DNA of 64,000 nt, from NCBI RefSeq assembly GCF_009914755.1, contig NC_060925.1, one strand, 5' to 3'. Positions within the stretch are counted from its first letter, which is position 1. Each line of letters opens with the position of its first letter. This DNA comes from the human T2T-CHM13v2.0 reference genome, Homo sapiens. The translations under genes were made by a program, and so were the position numbers. The notes beneath the pieces were generated by a model. That model searched no databases. It saw nothing but the letters and a program-made list of their open reading frames with translations, and had not been told where the DNA came from. Positions 37,486 to 56,245 of this stretch are shown here, piece after piece.

Positions 37486-40026
37486 TAGCTGGGATTAGAG
37501 GCAAGCACCACCACACCTGGCTAATTTTTTGTATTTTTAGTAGAGATGGGGTTTCACCATGTTGGCCAGACTGGTCTTAACTCCTGACCTCGTGATCCAC
37601 CCACCTAGGCCTACCAAAGTGCTGAGATTACAGGCGTGAGCTACTGGGCTGGACACCAACAGCCTATTTTTAATAACCCATATGAGTACAGGACAGAAAT
37701 ACATCCCTAACTCTGTACCTGAAGTAAGGAAGGTAATACATAAAAGACATATTTGCAAACGACTTGAGGCAAGAAAAGAAATACAACACATCTCTAATTC
37801 TGATTGTATCTGCAATCAACCTCTTATCACTTCCCTCTTCATGTGCAGAATTTACCTTGGCTGAGACACAGTCAAGAAAGAAGACAGGTGGCCAGGCACA
37901 GTGGCTCACACCTGTAATCTCAGTACTTTGGGAGGCTGAGGTGGGCGGGTCACCTGAGGTTAGGAGTTTGAGACCAGCCTGACCAACATAGAGAAACCCC
38001 GTCTCTACTAAAAATGCAAAAATAGCCGGGTGTGGTGGCACATGCCTGTAATCCCAGCTACTTGGGAGGCTGAGGCAGGAGAATCTCTTGAACCCAGGAG
38101 GTGGAGGTTGTGTTGAGGCTAGGTTGCGCTGTTGCACTCTAGCCTGGGCAACAAGAGTGAAACTCCATCTCAACAACAACAACAAAAAAGAAGACGACAG
38201 GCTGTGTGCAGTGGCTCATACCTGTACACCAGCACTTTGGAAGGCCAAGTGGGAAGGATTGCTTGAGCCCAGGAGTTCGAAACCAGCCTGGGCAAAATAG
38301 CGAGATCTCGTCTCTACAAAAAAATAAAAAATTAGTCAGGTGTGTTGGCACATGCCTGTAGTCCCAGCTATAGGCTGAGGCAGAAGGAATGCTTGAGCTC
38401 AGGAGTTGGAAGGTATAATGAGCTGTGATGGCACCATTGCACTCCAGCCTGGGCAACAGAGTGAATGGGGGCATGGGGAAGGCCAGGTGTGGTGGCTCAC
38501 ACCTGTAATCTCAGCGCTTTGGTAGGCTGAGGCGGGAGGATTGCTTGCATCCAGGAGTTTGAGACCAGTCTAGGCAACACAGTGAGACTCCCATTTCTAC
38601 AAGAAAATATTTAGGCTGTAAGTGGAGAGTTATTGTTTAGTGGGTAGAGTTTTCTGTTTTATAAGATGAAAAGTTATGGAGATGGATAGTTTAATGGCTA
38701 CATAACTTTATGTAATACCACTGAACTATACACTGAAAAATTGGAGCTGGGCTTGTGCCTGTGGTCCCAGTTAATCAGGAAGCTGAGGCAGGAGGGTTAC
38801 CTGAGCCCAGGAGTTCGAGGCTGCAGTGAGTTATAATTGAGCCACTGCATTCCAGCCTAGGCAGCAGAGTGAGACCTTATCTCTTAAAAAAAAAAAAAAA
38901 AAGGAAAAAATAATAGGCTGTAAACAGTTGATTCCTTACCAGTAACTTTTAATATTGAATTAACAAATATTTATGGTATTTTTAACATGCTCAGAGTTCA
39001 GGCTTTTTTCAGCTGTGATCTAAATGAAAGTGAGAGTGAGGTGGTGAGAGAAGTCAGTGGAAATGTGAGTGAAAGATTGAGGAAGAGCTGGCTTAGATAG
39101 CCACAGTGTGTAGTTATTTTTTTTTTTAGAGACGGGGTTTCACCTTGTTGCCTAGGCTGGAGTGCAGTGGCTATTCACAGGTATGATCATAGCACACTAC
39201 AGCCGCAAACTCTTGAGCTCAAGCCAACCTCCTGGTTCAGCCTCCCAAGTAGCTGGGACCACAGGCTCATGCCACCACATCCAGTCAAAGTGTCTGGGTT
39301 TTTTGGTTTTCAATTAGGTTCCTCAGGTTAAATGGAAGTATGTGGTTTTTTGTTTTTTTGTTTTTTTTTTTTGTAAAGACAGTGTCTCATTATGTTGGCC
39401 AGGCTGGTCTTGAACTCCTGGCCCCAAGCCATCCTCCTGCCTCACCCTCCTAAAGTGAAGTGCTGGAATAACAGGCATGAGCTGCTAGGCCTGGCCAAAG
39501 TTGAAAAGTAAAGTGATAAGGGAGAAGTAAATGTATTTTATCCTCTTGGAGAATTTGCTTGACCTATTGATTTTTATATTCAAATTGGCCTTTTGAACTC
39601 TTAGATGAGTTCCTTATTTTGACAATGAATGCGTGTGTCCCTATCTTTTAATTAAATTGCCAGCCTAGAGTGTACTCCCAGGGGCCAAATGAGTAATTAT
39701 CTTGTTACTTAATCTAGAAAGCATACTGTAAGGTAACTAAAGGATCTGAAAGTGTGGGAATGAAGAAAGCAACCCTCCAAATATATTTGCTTCTAAAACT
39801 CTTAAAATTTTCTGAACACTCATAAAGTTGAATGGCTTTAAGAAGAGTGAGACTTTATAATTGACCCAGTTAGTTAAAGTTACATGTAATTTTGTATAAC
39901 AGTTTAAACCTTATTTTTGTGGAAGAAAAAGAAGCAGTTTACCATAATTGAGTAGCGAGGCCTTAAGGGTAAGAAATACCATGCTTGATACCTAGTTTCT
40001 TCTTTTTTTTTTTTTTTTTTTTTTGA

Positions 40027-40290
<264 letters not shown>

Positions 40291-40741
40291 TAGTAGAGGC
40301 AGGGTTTCTCCATGTCAGGCTGGTGTCGAACTCCCGACCTCAGGTGATCCGCTCGCCTCGGCCTCACAAAGTGCTGGGATTACTGGCGTCAGCCACGGCG
40401 CCCGGCCTCTAGTTTCTTCTATCAGTTAGCAAGTATGTTTTAAGCTCAACGGGGAAAGGAGAAATGATGAGTCTCTTACCCCTAGGAGCCTACAGTTAAG
40501 GGATAAGACATGAAGCAATTATGAGGTCAGCATGAAATAGTACATAATCAATTATTAAATGGTTTTGTATATAGTTTTGAAGTTGTGTGATCAGTTTGTG
40601 ATAGGGCAGTGAATCACAAATGTACTTTTTAGCTTCTGTATCCTTTGGATAATCTTACTTGGAACTTGAGTATAAAAAATGAATAAAAACAACAGAGCTG
40701 CCCTGATTAAATTGAGTGGTGGAGCTTGGAGTCAAAAAGAT

Positions 40742-41005
40742 AGCCTTCTGTATTCACAGGTTCCACATCCTCTGATCCATCCAATCACAGAAAATATTTG
40801 GGAAAGAAAACAATAAAAAATAATACAAGAGCTAATACAAATTAAAAAAATATATAGTGTAACTATTACATAACATTGTATTAGGTATTATAAGTAATCT
40901 AGCGATGATTTAAAGTATATGGGAGGGTGTACAGGTTATGTGCAAATATGCCATTTTATATAAGGGACTTGGGCATCTGAGGATTTTGGTGTTCAAGGAT
41001 TTTGG
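40742..41005. mobile_element. MER2/Tigger3-like MITE
   Basis: CATTGTATTAGGTATTATAAGTAATCTAG.GATGATTTAAAGTATATGGGAGG...GCCATTTTATATAAGGGACTTG. Confidence 0.75.
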
Positions 41006-42352
41006 AGTCAGTCGGGTCGGACTAATTGTTAGATGGTGGACATGAATTTAGAGGTCATTGAGTTGTGTAATTTTGTACAGTAAAAGTATGTGTGTGTAAA
41101 TTTTAATTAAAATGTATTATACAGAAACTAGTGTATCTTTAACAGAATATCTTGAGTTTCTTTTGATTGACTGATTGATTGGTCGATTGATTGAGATAGG
41201 GCTCTCGCTGTGTTACCCAGGATAGCATTGGGCTCAAGTGATCTTCCTGCCTCAGCCTCCCAAAGCTCTGGGATTACAGGTGTGAGCCACTGCACCCAGC
41301 AGGTTTCTTAATTACGTAGGCTAGTGCACTTGCAAAATATAGCCACAACTATAATATAGTCTGTTTCCAAGCCCCCAAAAGGCTCCCTCCTGCCCCCTCC
41401 AACAGTTAGTACCTTTTTTCCAAAGGTAACTGTTGGTCCTTATGACCTCCTATCACCCATATTTGTTTTGTGTGGTCATGAATTTCAAACTGAATAACAT
41501 TCTAGCATTCTTTGTGAAATTTGTGTTCTTACGTAATGGCAGTAGTTCACATTCTTTTTCATTGCTATGCAGTATTCAAAATTGTGTAAATATACCACAT
41601 TTTACTTATTCATTCCATTATGTGTATTTGGGTAGTATCAATTTTTGGCTGTATAAATAAAGATGCTGTGAACATTATACCTGAGCACCTATTTTGAGTA
41701 TATATCCAGGGATAGAGTTACTGGATAATGGAGCCACATGTATATTTAGTTTTTCCTGCAGCATTTTACTACAGAAATTTTCAAAAATAAACAAGAGTTG
41801 ACAGAATTGTTTGAATACCCATATTCATTCCTACCACCTAGATTCTGCAGTAAACGTTTTGCTGTATTTGCTTTCACACATACCTATTCGTCGTTCTTCT
41901 GTCAATCTATCCTGTTGATGTGTTTCAAAAATAAGTTGCCAAATAGTTTTCCAAGTGGTTGCACTAATTTTCTGCTTGTACTGACAATATGAGAGTTTCA
42001 TTTGTGCCACGTCTTCACCAGTATCTGGTATTGTCAATCTTTATTTTTGAAACTTTTTTTAGCTTTGAAGTATAATTGATATAATTATATATACTTATGA
42101 TGTACACCATGGTGTTTTAATATATGTATACATCATGAAATGATTACCACAGACAAGCTAATTTACAGATCCTTCACCTCACAGTTATGATTTGCTATTG
42201 TGAGAATATTTAAGATGTATTTTCATAGCAGTTTTCAAGTATACACAATACATTATGCTAAGCTGTAGTCACTATGTTATACAACAGATCTCTGGAATTG
42301 TAGATCTGTTTTATTTTAGACATTTTAATAGGTGTGTAGAAGTATAGAAATG

Positions 42353-45062
<2,710 letters not shown>

Positions 45063-45286
45063 TAAAAACTTGATTTGTAGGAGTTTAAAGTATATTTTAC
45101 TAATAAAAAAGAATGGTAATTGTTCTCTGCATAATATTTAGAAAATAAGGCCGGGCACAGGGGTTCAAGCCTGTGATTTCAGTGCTTTGGGATGCCAAGG
45201 TGAGAGGATCCCTTAAGGGAAGGAGGTTGAGACCAGCCTGGGCAGAATACTGACACCCCATCTCTACAAATAATATAAAAAAGTTA

Positions 45287-45493
<207 letters not shown>

Positions 45494-47459
45494 TTAGATC
45501 CTAGAATGTGAAGATAAGTAAAATGATCTCCATGTTCTCTGTACCCGCGTTCTAGAGAGGGATGTAGGTAAATGGATATAAAATACACTGCCATAAATTT
45601 TATGAAGAAGAATGTTTAGGGTGCTATAATTTGCTCAACACTTCATTATTTTTGCTTTCTTGATATTTTAAATAATACTATGAATGTTTAATCGATAAAA
45701 CACTTCTTGTTTTAGAATATTTTATTTGTATAAATTTTTTTAGGAATTGCTGGATCTTGCCAGGCACAATGACTCATGCCTGTAATCCTAGCACTTTGGG
45801 ATGTGGAGGCGGGAGGATTGCTTGAGCCTAGAAATTGGAGACTAGCCTGGACAACATAGTGAGGTCCCATCTCTAAAAAAAAAAAAGGGAAGGAATTGCT
45901 AAATCAAAGGATGTGAGGATTTTAAAGCTCTACACGATCAATCGGATCATCCTAAATAATTTATCGAAACAGTGGAAAAATATGTTCCACAATAAAGCAT
46001 ACCTCTTTGGTGACCAAAATGTGGCATTGATGAATATTGGGGGGTTCCCCCTAAAACTTTAACCCCCTTTGTGTTGGCACATTCATGAGATAATTCTGTT
46101 GATTAGGTTATAGTTTTTTTTTTAAATCAAAGAATAAAACATGGTCTCCTTGATTAGAGTTAGATATTCCTTGCTTCCTTGAATGAATTCCTTTTTCTTT
46201 TTCTGTTTTTGAGATGGAGTCTTGCTGTGTTGCCCAGGCCTGTAGTACATTGGCACGATCTCCACTTACTGCAACCTCTGCCTCCCAGGTTCAAGCAGTT
46301 GTGCCTCAGCCTCCCGAGTAGCTGGGACTACAGGTGTATGCCACCATGCTTGGCTAATTTTTTTGTATTTTTAATTTTTTTTTGAGATGGAGTCTCGCTC
46401 TGTCACCCAGGTTGGAGTGCAGTGGCAGGATCTCGGCTCACTGCAAGCTCCATCCCCTGGGTTCAAACGATTCTCCTGTCTCAGCCGCCTCCCAAGTAGC
46501 TAGGATTACAGGCGTGTGCCACCACTCCCTGCTAATTTTTGTATTTTTAGTAGAGAGGGGATTTCACTATGTTGGCCAGGCAGGTCTCGAACTCCCAGAC
46601 TCAAGTGATCTGCCCACCTCGTCCTCCCAAAATGCTGGGATTACAGGTATAAGCCACTGCACCCGGCCATTTTTTTGTATTTTTGTAAAGGCAGAGTTTC
46701 GCCACATTGGCCAGGCTGGTCTGGACTTCAGGTTGCCCTGGCCCCTTAAAGTGCTGGGATTACAGGCATGAGCACCCAGCCTAGTTCCTTTTTCAAATGA
46801 ATAGCACATAAGTATATGCTGGCTCTTACTAACTTTACTCTGGGAGAAAAAAACATAGCTCCAATTTTCTTTTCATTATAGGCTCTTTCTTGAATAGAAT
46901 ACTTGCATAGAAAAGCAATAGCTTATACATTGGTGAGGGGAGTGTTTACATTGCCCCCAACATACTGTTTAATGCATAACATACATTATTTTATTTAATT
47001 ATCACATAGTATCTGTAAAGAGGAACTATATTATTTTTAATACTATTAATATGCTATATAATATGTATATATATGTTTCTACTACTTATATATCATGCAA
47101 TGTGTACATTATAGCTGACATAGAGACTCAGCAGTTTGTACTCTGGATAAGTTTGTTACATTTAATTTTTTATTTTTCTTTTTAGTGACAGGGTCTCACA
47201 CTGTTGCCCATGCTTGAGTGCAGTGGCACAATCATAGCTCATTGCAGCCTCAAACTCTGGGCTCAAGCGATCCACCTGCCTCAGCCTCCTGAGTAGCTGG
47301 GACTAGAGGTGCATGCCACCACACCTGGCTAATTTTTGTCTTTTTGGCAGAGACAAGGTCTCACTCTTTTTCCCAGGCTGGCTTTGAATTCCTGGGCTTA
47401 AGCAATTCTACCTTGGCTTCCCAAAGTGTTGGGATTACAGGCGTGGGCGACTGCACCCA

Positions 47460-49020
47460 GCTGTGTTTCACTTTCTTGCTGGTGTTTTTGGAAGCACAAA
47501 AGTGATTAATCCTGATAAAAACCAGTTTGTCTATTTTTTTCTTTGGGGAGCTTTTGGTATGTTCAAGGAGGGGGTCAAACTTGATTCTTCTGCATGTGAC
47601 TAGCCTGATGTTCCAGCACCATTTGTTGAAAATAGTTTTCTTTTCTCATTGAATTATCTTGGTATTCTTGCCAAAGATCAGTTGTCTATAAATATGAGAG
47701 TACATCTCTGGACTCTTCTGTTCCATTGGTCTATATGTCTGTCCTTAGGCTAGTACTGTACTGTAGCTTTATAAGTAAGGTTTGAAATCAGAAAGTGTGA
47801 GTCTTTTTTGTTGTTGTTGTTCTCCCTTTTCAGGATTGTTATGGCTATTCTTAGTCCCTTGTATTTCCATGTGAATTTTAGGATCAACTGTCAATTTCTG
47901 CAAATGAGCCAGCTAGAATTTTGATAGAGCTACATTTAATTTTTTTTAATGAACCCACATTGAAATATTCAACGATTGCCAAAACATTATCACCCCAAAC
48001 CCACTGTTTATCTTAGAGTTCATTCTTGGTGTTGTACATGGATTTGCCATGTATAATGACATGCATCCACCATTATAGTATCATACGTGTAGTTTTACTG
48101 CTCTAAAAATTTTCCGTGTTCCATCTGTTCATCCCTCCCCCCAACACCTGACAACCACTGATGGTTCTATTGTCTCCATAGTTTTGCCATTTGCAGAATG
48201 TTGCATATTTGGAATCATACAGTATGTAGCCTTTTCAGATTGGCTTCTTTCATGTAGTAATATGTATTTAAAGTTCCTCCATGTTTTTCATGGCTTGATA
48301 GCTCATTTATTTTTTAGTGCTGAATAACATTCCATTTGCATTGATATACTGTAGTTTATCTATTTACCTATCGAAGGACACCATAGTTACTTCCACATTT
48401 CGATAGTCATGAATAAAGCTCCTGTAAACATTTGTTTCTGGGTTTTGGTTGGATGTATTTTTCAACTCCTTTGGGTAAATACCAAAGGGTGCAATTGCTG
48501 GATCAAATGGTAATAATATGTTTAGTTGTGTGAGAATTATCAAACTGTCACCCTAAGCATACCATTTTTGTTGTTGTTGTTGTTGTTATTGTTTTTTGAG
48601 ATGGAGTCTCGCTGTCACCCAGGCTGGAGTACAGTATGGCGTGATCTCAGCTCACCACAACCTCCACCTCCCTGGCTCAAGCGATTCTCGTGCCTTAGCC
48701 TCCCGAGTAGCTTGGATTACAGGCACGTGCCACCATGCCCAGCTAATTTTTGCATTTTTAGTAGAGACGGGGTTTCACCATGTTGGCCAGGCTGGTTTCA
48801 AACTCCTGACCTCAGGTGATCCTCCCGCCTTGGCTTTCCAAAGTGCTGGGATTACTGGCGTGAGCCACCGTGCCTGGTCGCAAAGCATACCATTTTGCAT
48901 TCCCACCAGCAGTAAATGAGAGTTTCTGTTACCACACATCCTTGCCAGGACTTAATGTCAGTGTTTTGGATTTTCACCATTCTGATAGGTGTGTGTGGTA
49001 TTTTTTGTTTTAATTTGCAG
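47460..49020 (-). mobile_element. Old L1 (L1M) fragments, antisense to RNF11
   Basis: TTCCAGCACCATTTGTTGAAAA, GGAATCATACAGTATGTAGCCTTTTCAGATTGGCTTCTTTCA, GCATTCCCACCAGCAGT motifs. Confidence 0.75.
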
Positions 49021-49334
49021 TTCTCAGTGCTTCTCAGTACCTCCCACCCACCTTATCTGGGACAGGATGGCTGGAGGGGCTGGAGTTGGGTAGTTCTCTT
49101 TCCCCAGGTAGGTTAAGCTCTGGTAAAAGTTTCTCCCAGAACTTTATATTAAATTAAAAGTTTCGCATGAGGATAAGACTTATTAGGAGCAGAATGCTCT
49201 GGCATATTTAAAATGGTTTATTTTCCTCTCCGCCTCCTGGAAGCACTCACGTGAGGACCTGGTAGAGGTTTTGGAGGTAAAATTCACAAAAGTGTGGTGG
49301 CCCCAATTGGGTCCACTTGGAGTTTTTATTTTAA

Positions 49335-49664
<330 letters not shown>

Positions 49665-49690
49665 TGACTTTTTAATAATAGCCATTCTGA

Positions 49691-49996
<306 letters not shown>

Positions 49997-50089
49997 TGAT
50001 CCGCCTGCCTTGGCCTCCTAAAGTGCTGGGATTACGGGTGTGAGCCACTGCACCCAGCCAATTTGCATTTCTCTAGTGATCAGTGATAA

Positions 50090-50205
50090 TCGGAATGGCA
50101 CGCAATTTACAACATTAGTTGTTTATTTCTGGAATTTTCCATATAGTATTTTCAGACCATGGTTGACCACAGTTAACTGAAACCTTGCAATAAGTGGGGA
50201 CTGCT
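50090..50205. mobile_element. Tigger4/MER46-like terminal fragment
   Basis: TTATTTCTGGAATTTTCCAT..TATTTTCAGACCATGGTTGACCACAG. Confidence 0.6.
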
Positions 50206-50989
50206 GGAGATCCTCTTCATTTTAAAGATGCAGAAATAGGTTGGGCAGTAGAGCAGGGCAACTAGGAGAAATGCATTTAAACAATAGGGATAACTGCACA
50301 GTGAGGCAGAAAATGTTATATAATACACTAGATTTGGCTCAAAGGCAGTCACAGGAGCCTCTAGGAGTTCATTTCCAGTAGAGTCCAGGAGAGGAATGAG
50401 ATACTGGAATTAAGTAGGTTATACAGTGATACTTGAAGTAATGAGACTTCTTTAAAATGAAATGGGTCTTCTAAAAATGTTTCATAAATCCTAAAGGTAG
50501 GCACAACATATGGCACATAAATTATCAGAAATACCCATATGTATAACATCTCTTTTTTCATTTGGAAGTAAACAGCCCTGCCTCAGCAAATTTCTCGAGT
50601 TAATAAAATGTTTTTAGTGTCCCCGTGTCTTCTTTTCTATTCTCAGTTGGTGATTTCCTTTCTTTTGCCAATCTCCCTGATAGGCAATCTGTGCTCTCTG
50701 TCTAACGTTTCTCTCTTGAATTTATAGTGTAGTTATTACTAAGGCACCAATTCCTATCAATTAAGGCTCATTTCAGTGTAATGTGGATGTGTTTTATTTA
50801 GTATTATGTCCACTGGGCCTTTGTATATTTAGCGTTTGCACCACTCCCCACCCCATTTTCATGTGACAACTGGAGGCCTTGTTCAAAAAACTACCAGAAA
50901 AAGGACATGTATCCCATCCTTTATGGCTTTCTTGTAACACCAGAAACTATCCAGCCTTGTTTTGTCCTGTTTACTGTAAGATCCTAAGC

Positions 50990-51203
50990 CAGTGGTTCTC
51001 AACCAGGATGAATTTGCTCTCCAGGAAACGTTTAGCAAAGTCTAGAGACATTTTTTGGTTGTCACAATGTGGCAGGGAAGAGGGTGCCACTGGCATCTAG
51101 TGGATGGAGAGAACTGCCAAACACCCTGTGATGTACAGGACAGCCCCTACAACAAAGAATTGTCTTACTAAAATGTCAGTATTGCCCAGGTTGAGAAGCC
51201 CTT
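50990..51203. mobile_element. MER20 hAT MITE
   Basis: CAGTGGTTCTCAACC...GTCTAGAGACATTTTTTGGTTGTCACAA...GGTTGAGAAGCCCT termini. Confidence 0.8.
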
Positions 51204-53435
51204 CACTAAGCAAGCCCCTTTTCCTCTCTAACCTCAGTTAGGTCCTTAATTAAGTTTGTTTCTTCAACTGAAAAGTGGAGGTTATTGCAACTTTTTCAAA
51301 TGGTTGCAAAGATAAATGAATTTAAGGCGTGGAAATATTTAGCACAGTATCTGACACACAGTGGCACTCTGCTGAAAGAATAAATTAGGGTTTTTAAAAA
51401 ATGTTGTATAATGCAGCTTCTCATCCATCCTGATTTTCCTGCAAAAATTCTCATGTTAAATGTTTTGATCCATTATCACTGTAAATCTCTTACATGTTAT
51501 AGAAATTCCTGTATTTAAGCTTCTAAAATTTCCTAGACTACCTCTTAAATATGTTTTGATTTTTGGTCATGAAAGCAATGATTATACCACCACTGGAACA
51601 AATCTTTTTAAGTAACAGAAACCTTTTCCTGTTCTTTTCTAAAGCACTTCAGTGAATTAAAGATTGGTGAGGAGTGTAGGTCAAAGTTTAAGTCAATCAG
51701 TAATTGAATATTTTCTGTTGTCAAAGAGTTAATAAGTTCATGATCAAATAGCGTATGTAGGAGAAGACGTTAGAAAGATTTCAGAAACACTAAACTTATC
51801 GCATTCTCTTTGTGCTTTTAATTTTATGTAGCAATTCAAGGCCATCAATAGTTGTAGTCTTAAAAGCCCCTAAAAGCAGAAATGATATTACTTTGTGGAT
51901 TGTTTAGATTTTTATGATGTACCCCTGTTTGCAAGGTGGTGTTAGGTCCTATGAATTAGGAGTTTGTAAGTTTAGTTAATTGGCTGAGGCCCATTGTTGA
52001 TCTGTTAATTTTTTTGTGAATTAGTTTTTAACATACGGATCCTGCACAAGATAAATTTATACCTTTAAACATTTCAGTTTTTTGGTATCGTAAATGGTGT
52101 TCAAACTTTTTATTTTGGCTTCCAGTTCATTGCTGGTATTTACAAATACAATTAATTTATGTGTGTTCTTTTAACCTGCAACCTTGCTGAATTCATTTTA
52201 GGAGGTTTTGGTTAGAGTCCTTGGGATTTTCTAAATAGGCTCATGTCTGTTTGTCTCTCTTTAATTAAAATTTTTTAGGGTGTGTTTTTGTAAAGCGTTA
52301 ATATTCAGTTTTGGGTGTTTTCATTCTCAGACTGATTCTCAACCTGGCCCTCTTTCAAACTTTCACACCTTCTCCCTTTTCAACTTCACTCCCTTCCCCA
52401 GAAATCACTGAAATGACTTCTGAGCACATTGTCATTTTATCTTACTGATTCAAAATTATTATTAGATACGTTATTATACCCTGGAGGTAACAGAATAGTG
52501 CATCCAGAGTCTTTAATTATGTAGGACAATTGTGTTAGTGGGTGAAAGCTGTTAGGCTTTTGGATTCTTGCACCTACTTTTTATTGATTTTTTTTTCCTC
52601 ATTGTCAGTTCTTCATCTGCTGTTAGTGTGTCTGCCCTTAAACTACCTCTTCCTACTTCTAATAATTTGGCATGTTGGAAAACCAGATACTCAAGCTCAT
52701 CACAGTATTTTCTAGCAACTCCCAATAGAGAGATCCCAGAGGCAGTGGCAGTTAAGTTGCATTTTCACTTGTGAATAAACTATTCTGGGGTTTAGATACA
52801 TAGGTACTTTATATTTTTTTAAGTTAAAAATTTTTTAAAGTTTGGAACAAATTTGCTTAATAAAGTCAGTTTTAGCGGGAAATTCACATGCACATGAGAA
52901 TCGAAAGAAAGAACCTTTAATGTTGATGTAAGCTTATCATTCCTTTTTCACATATACCTCACCACCTCCTCTGTGTTTAATTATCTGGACTTTTTTCTCA
53001 TCCCTAGATTTTGTTTCTCAAAAATGTTTCTCCCTTAAAACATGTTTTAATGAACTCTGTAAGATCTAAGTTCTTAATCTCAAAGTAATCTTTAGATTGA
53101 GGAGTACTAAAATTGAGATCCACAGACCCTTTAAGGTCAGGGATAGAACTGCTTTCAGTGTGATTGATTTCCTTAGTAATCTTATGTGTTTTATTCAAAA
53201 ACGTTATCTGAAATAGCTTTCATTGGACTGCATAAGGTTTCCATGGCAAAAAAAAAAAGTGTTAAGAATCCGTGAGAGGCAATCCCAGAGTGAGCTCCTG
53301 TCATTGCTGCCAGAAACCACAAAGCCTTTTGAGAGTTCTGAACTCTGAGTCACAGAGTTCTGATAGGTATGTGGTATTGTAATTCAGTTGAATTTTGCTG
53401 TTGGAATATTTAGGTAAATTGTCAGACGTAATTAA

Positions 53436-53813
<378 letters not shown>

Positions 53814-54129
53814 TAATCCCAGCAGTCTCGGCTCACTGCAACCTCCGTCTCTCCGGTTCAAGCGATTCTCCTGCCTCAGACTCCCGAGCAGCTGGGATTA
53901 CAGGCACATACCACCACCCCCAGCTAATTTTTTCTGTTTTAGTAGAGATGGAGTTTCACTATGTTGGCCAGGCTGGTCTCGAACTCCTGGTCTCAGGTGA
54001 TCCACCCGCCTTGGCCTCCCTAGTAGCCTGAGGCTACAGGCATGTACCACCACTCCTGGCTAATTTTTGTAGGGATGGGGTTTCGCCATGTTGCCCAGGC
54101 TGGGATTGCGGGTGTGAGCCACTGCACTT

Positions 54130-55810
54130 GGCCCCAAAACAATTTTTAACGGATGATGCTGGGACACCTACATATAACCACATAGTTAAGTGAAGTTGGG
54201 CCCCTTTCTTACTATATGCAAAAATTAACTCAGAATGGTTCATACACCTAAATGTAAGAGCTAAAACTTTATAAACCTCTTAGAAGATATAGGAGCAAAT
54301 GCTCATGACCTTGGGTTTGACAAACTTCTTAGGATACTGAAAGTAAAAGTAACCAAAGTTGAATTTCATTAAAATTTAAAATTTGTTCTTCAAATAACGT
54401 AAAGAAAGTGAAAAGATAACCCATAGGATGCAAGAAAATATTTGGGCTTTTTTTTGTTTGTTTGTTTGTTTGAGACAGAGTCTCCCTCTGTCATCTAGAC
54501 TGGAGTGCAGCAGCACAATCTTGGCTTATTGCAATGCCACCTCCCAGGTTCAAGCAGTTCTTGTGCGTCAGCCTCCCAAGTAGTTGGGATTACAGGTGTG
54601 CACTACCACCGCCTGCTAATCTTTTTTTTTTTTTTTTTTTTTTTTGTATTTTTAGTAGAGACAAGGTTTGACCATGTTGGCCAGGCTGGTCTTGAACTCC
54701 TGACCTCAGGTGATCTGCCTGCCTCAGCCTCTCGAAGAAAATACTTGTAAATCATTGGTCTGCTAAGGGACTTGTGTCCAGGAGATAACAAAAAGATAAT
54801 TTGCTATCAGAGAGGGCAAATCAAAATCACAATGAGATATCACATCTTATCCACTTGAATGGTTATAATAAAAAGATTAAGTTTAAGCAATGCTGTAGAG
54901 AAACTGGAACATTCTATTTCCCTTTTTAAAATGCACACTTCATTGATTTCCAGTGTGTTCAGAGTTACACAACCATCACTTACCAATACAGCTCTCGATG
55001 GGATTGTAAGATGGTGCAGGTGCTTTGGAAAAGTTTGGCAGTTCTACAAAAGGTTTTGCAGAGTTCCATTCATTGGTTTATATACCCAATAAAATGAAAA
55101 CATGTACAAAAACTTATACATGTATTTTCATAACACTGTTATTCACAGTAGCTAACAAGTAGAAACAACCCATGTCCATCAGTGACTAAACAAAATGGTG
55201 GTGGACTATTCAGTGATAAAAAGGAATGCAATTCTGATAAATGCTGCATCATGGGTGAACTTTGAAAACATGCTAAGTGAAAGTCGAGCCACAAAAGACC
55301 ACATATTAGTATGATTCCATACACAGGCATACCTTGTTTTATTGCACTTCACAGGGTTGTGTGTGTGTGTGTGTTTACACAACTTGAAGGTTTGTGGCAG
55401 CTCTGCATGAAACAATTCTTTTGGCACCATTTTCCCAGCAGCTCATTTCATTTCTCTGCTACATTTGGTAATTCTCGTGCTTTCAGACTCTTTCATTATA
55501 TCTTTTACAGTGATCTGTGATCAGTTTTATTAGGGTGGTCTGGAACGAAACCCACACATCTGAATAATGCTTATCTATGAAATGCCCAGAATAGGCAAAT
55601 CTATAGAGACAAAAAGCAAATTAGTTAGTAGTAGCCTAGGGCCGGGGAGTTTGGGGGAGTGACTGTTAATGAGTACACTTTCTTTTGGGGGTAATGAAAA
55701 TGTTCTAAAATTGATAAGTGATGGTTGCATAGCTCTGAACACACTGGAAACCATTGAAGTGTGTATTTTAAATAGGGAAATAGAATGTGAATTATATCTC
55801 TAAGGTGTTA
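54130..55810 (+). mobile_element. L1M 3' fragment with a nested internally deleted Tigger1 (~55324-55572) and an Alu
   Basis: AAAAATTAACTCAGAATGG..ACCTAAATGTAAGAGCTAAAAC; Tigger1 end CAGGCATACCTTGTTTTATTGCACTTCAC. Confidence 0.75.
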
Positions 55811-56165
55811 CAGTTAATGGAAGCCTTTCACCTTATCGTGATACTGTATTTCCTCAGTGCTGAGATGTGCTTTTTAAGGCTAGGCTTGGCTGCTCACTCC
55901 TGGGATCCCAGCACTTTGGAAGGCCAAGGCAGGAGGATTGCTTGAGCCCAGGAATTCTAGACCAGCCTGGGCAACATAGTGAAAACCTGTCTCTACAAAA
56001 TGTATATTTTTAATTAGCGGGGCATAGTAGCATGGGCCTGTAGTCCCAGCTACTCAGGAGACTGAAGTGGGAGGATCACTTGAGCCCGGGGGGTCGTCAA
56101 GGCTGCAGTGAGCCAAGATTGTGCCACTGCACTCTAGCCTAGGTAACAGAATGAGACCCTATCTC

Positions 56166-56245
<80 letters not shown>
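56166..56245. repeat. (A)n(AT)n(AC)n compound microsatellite at an Alu tail
   Basis: Read directly. Confidence 0.95.
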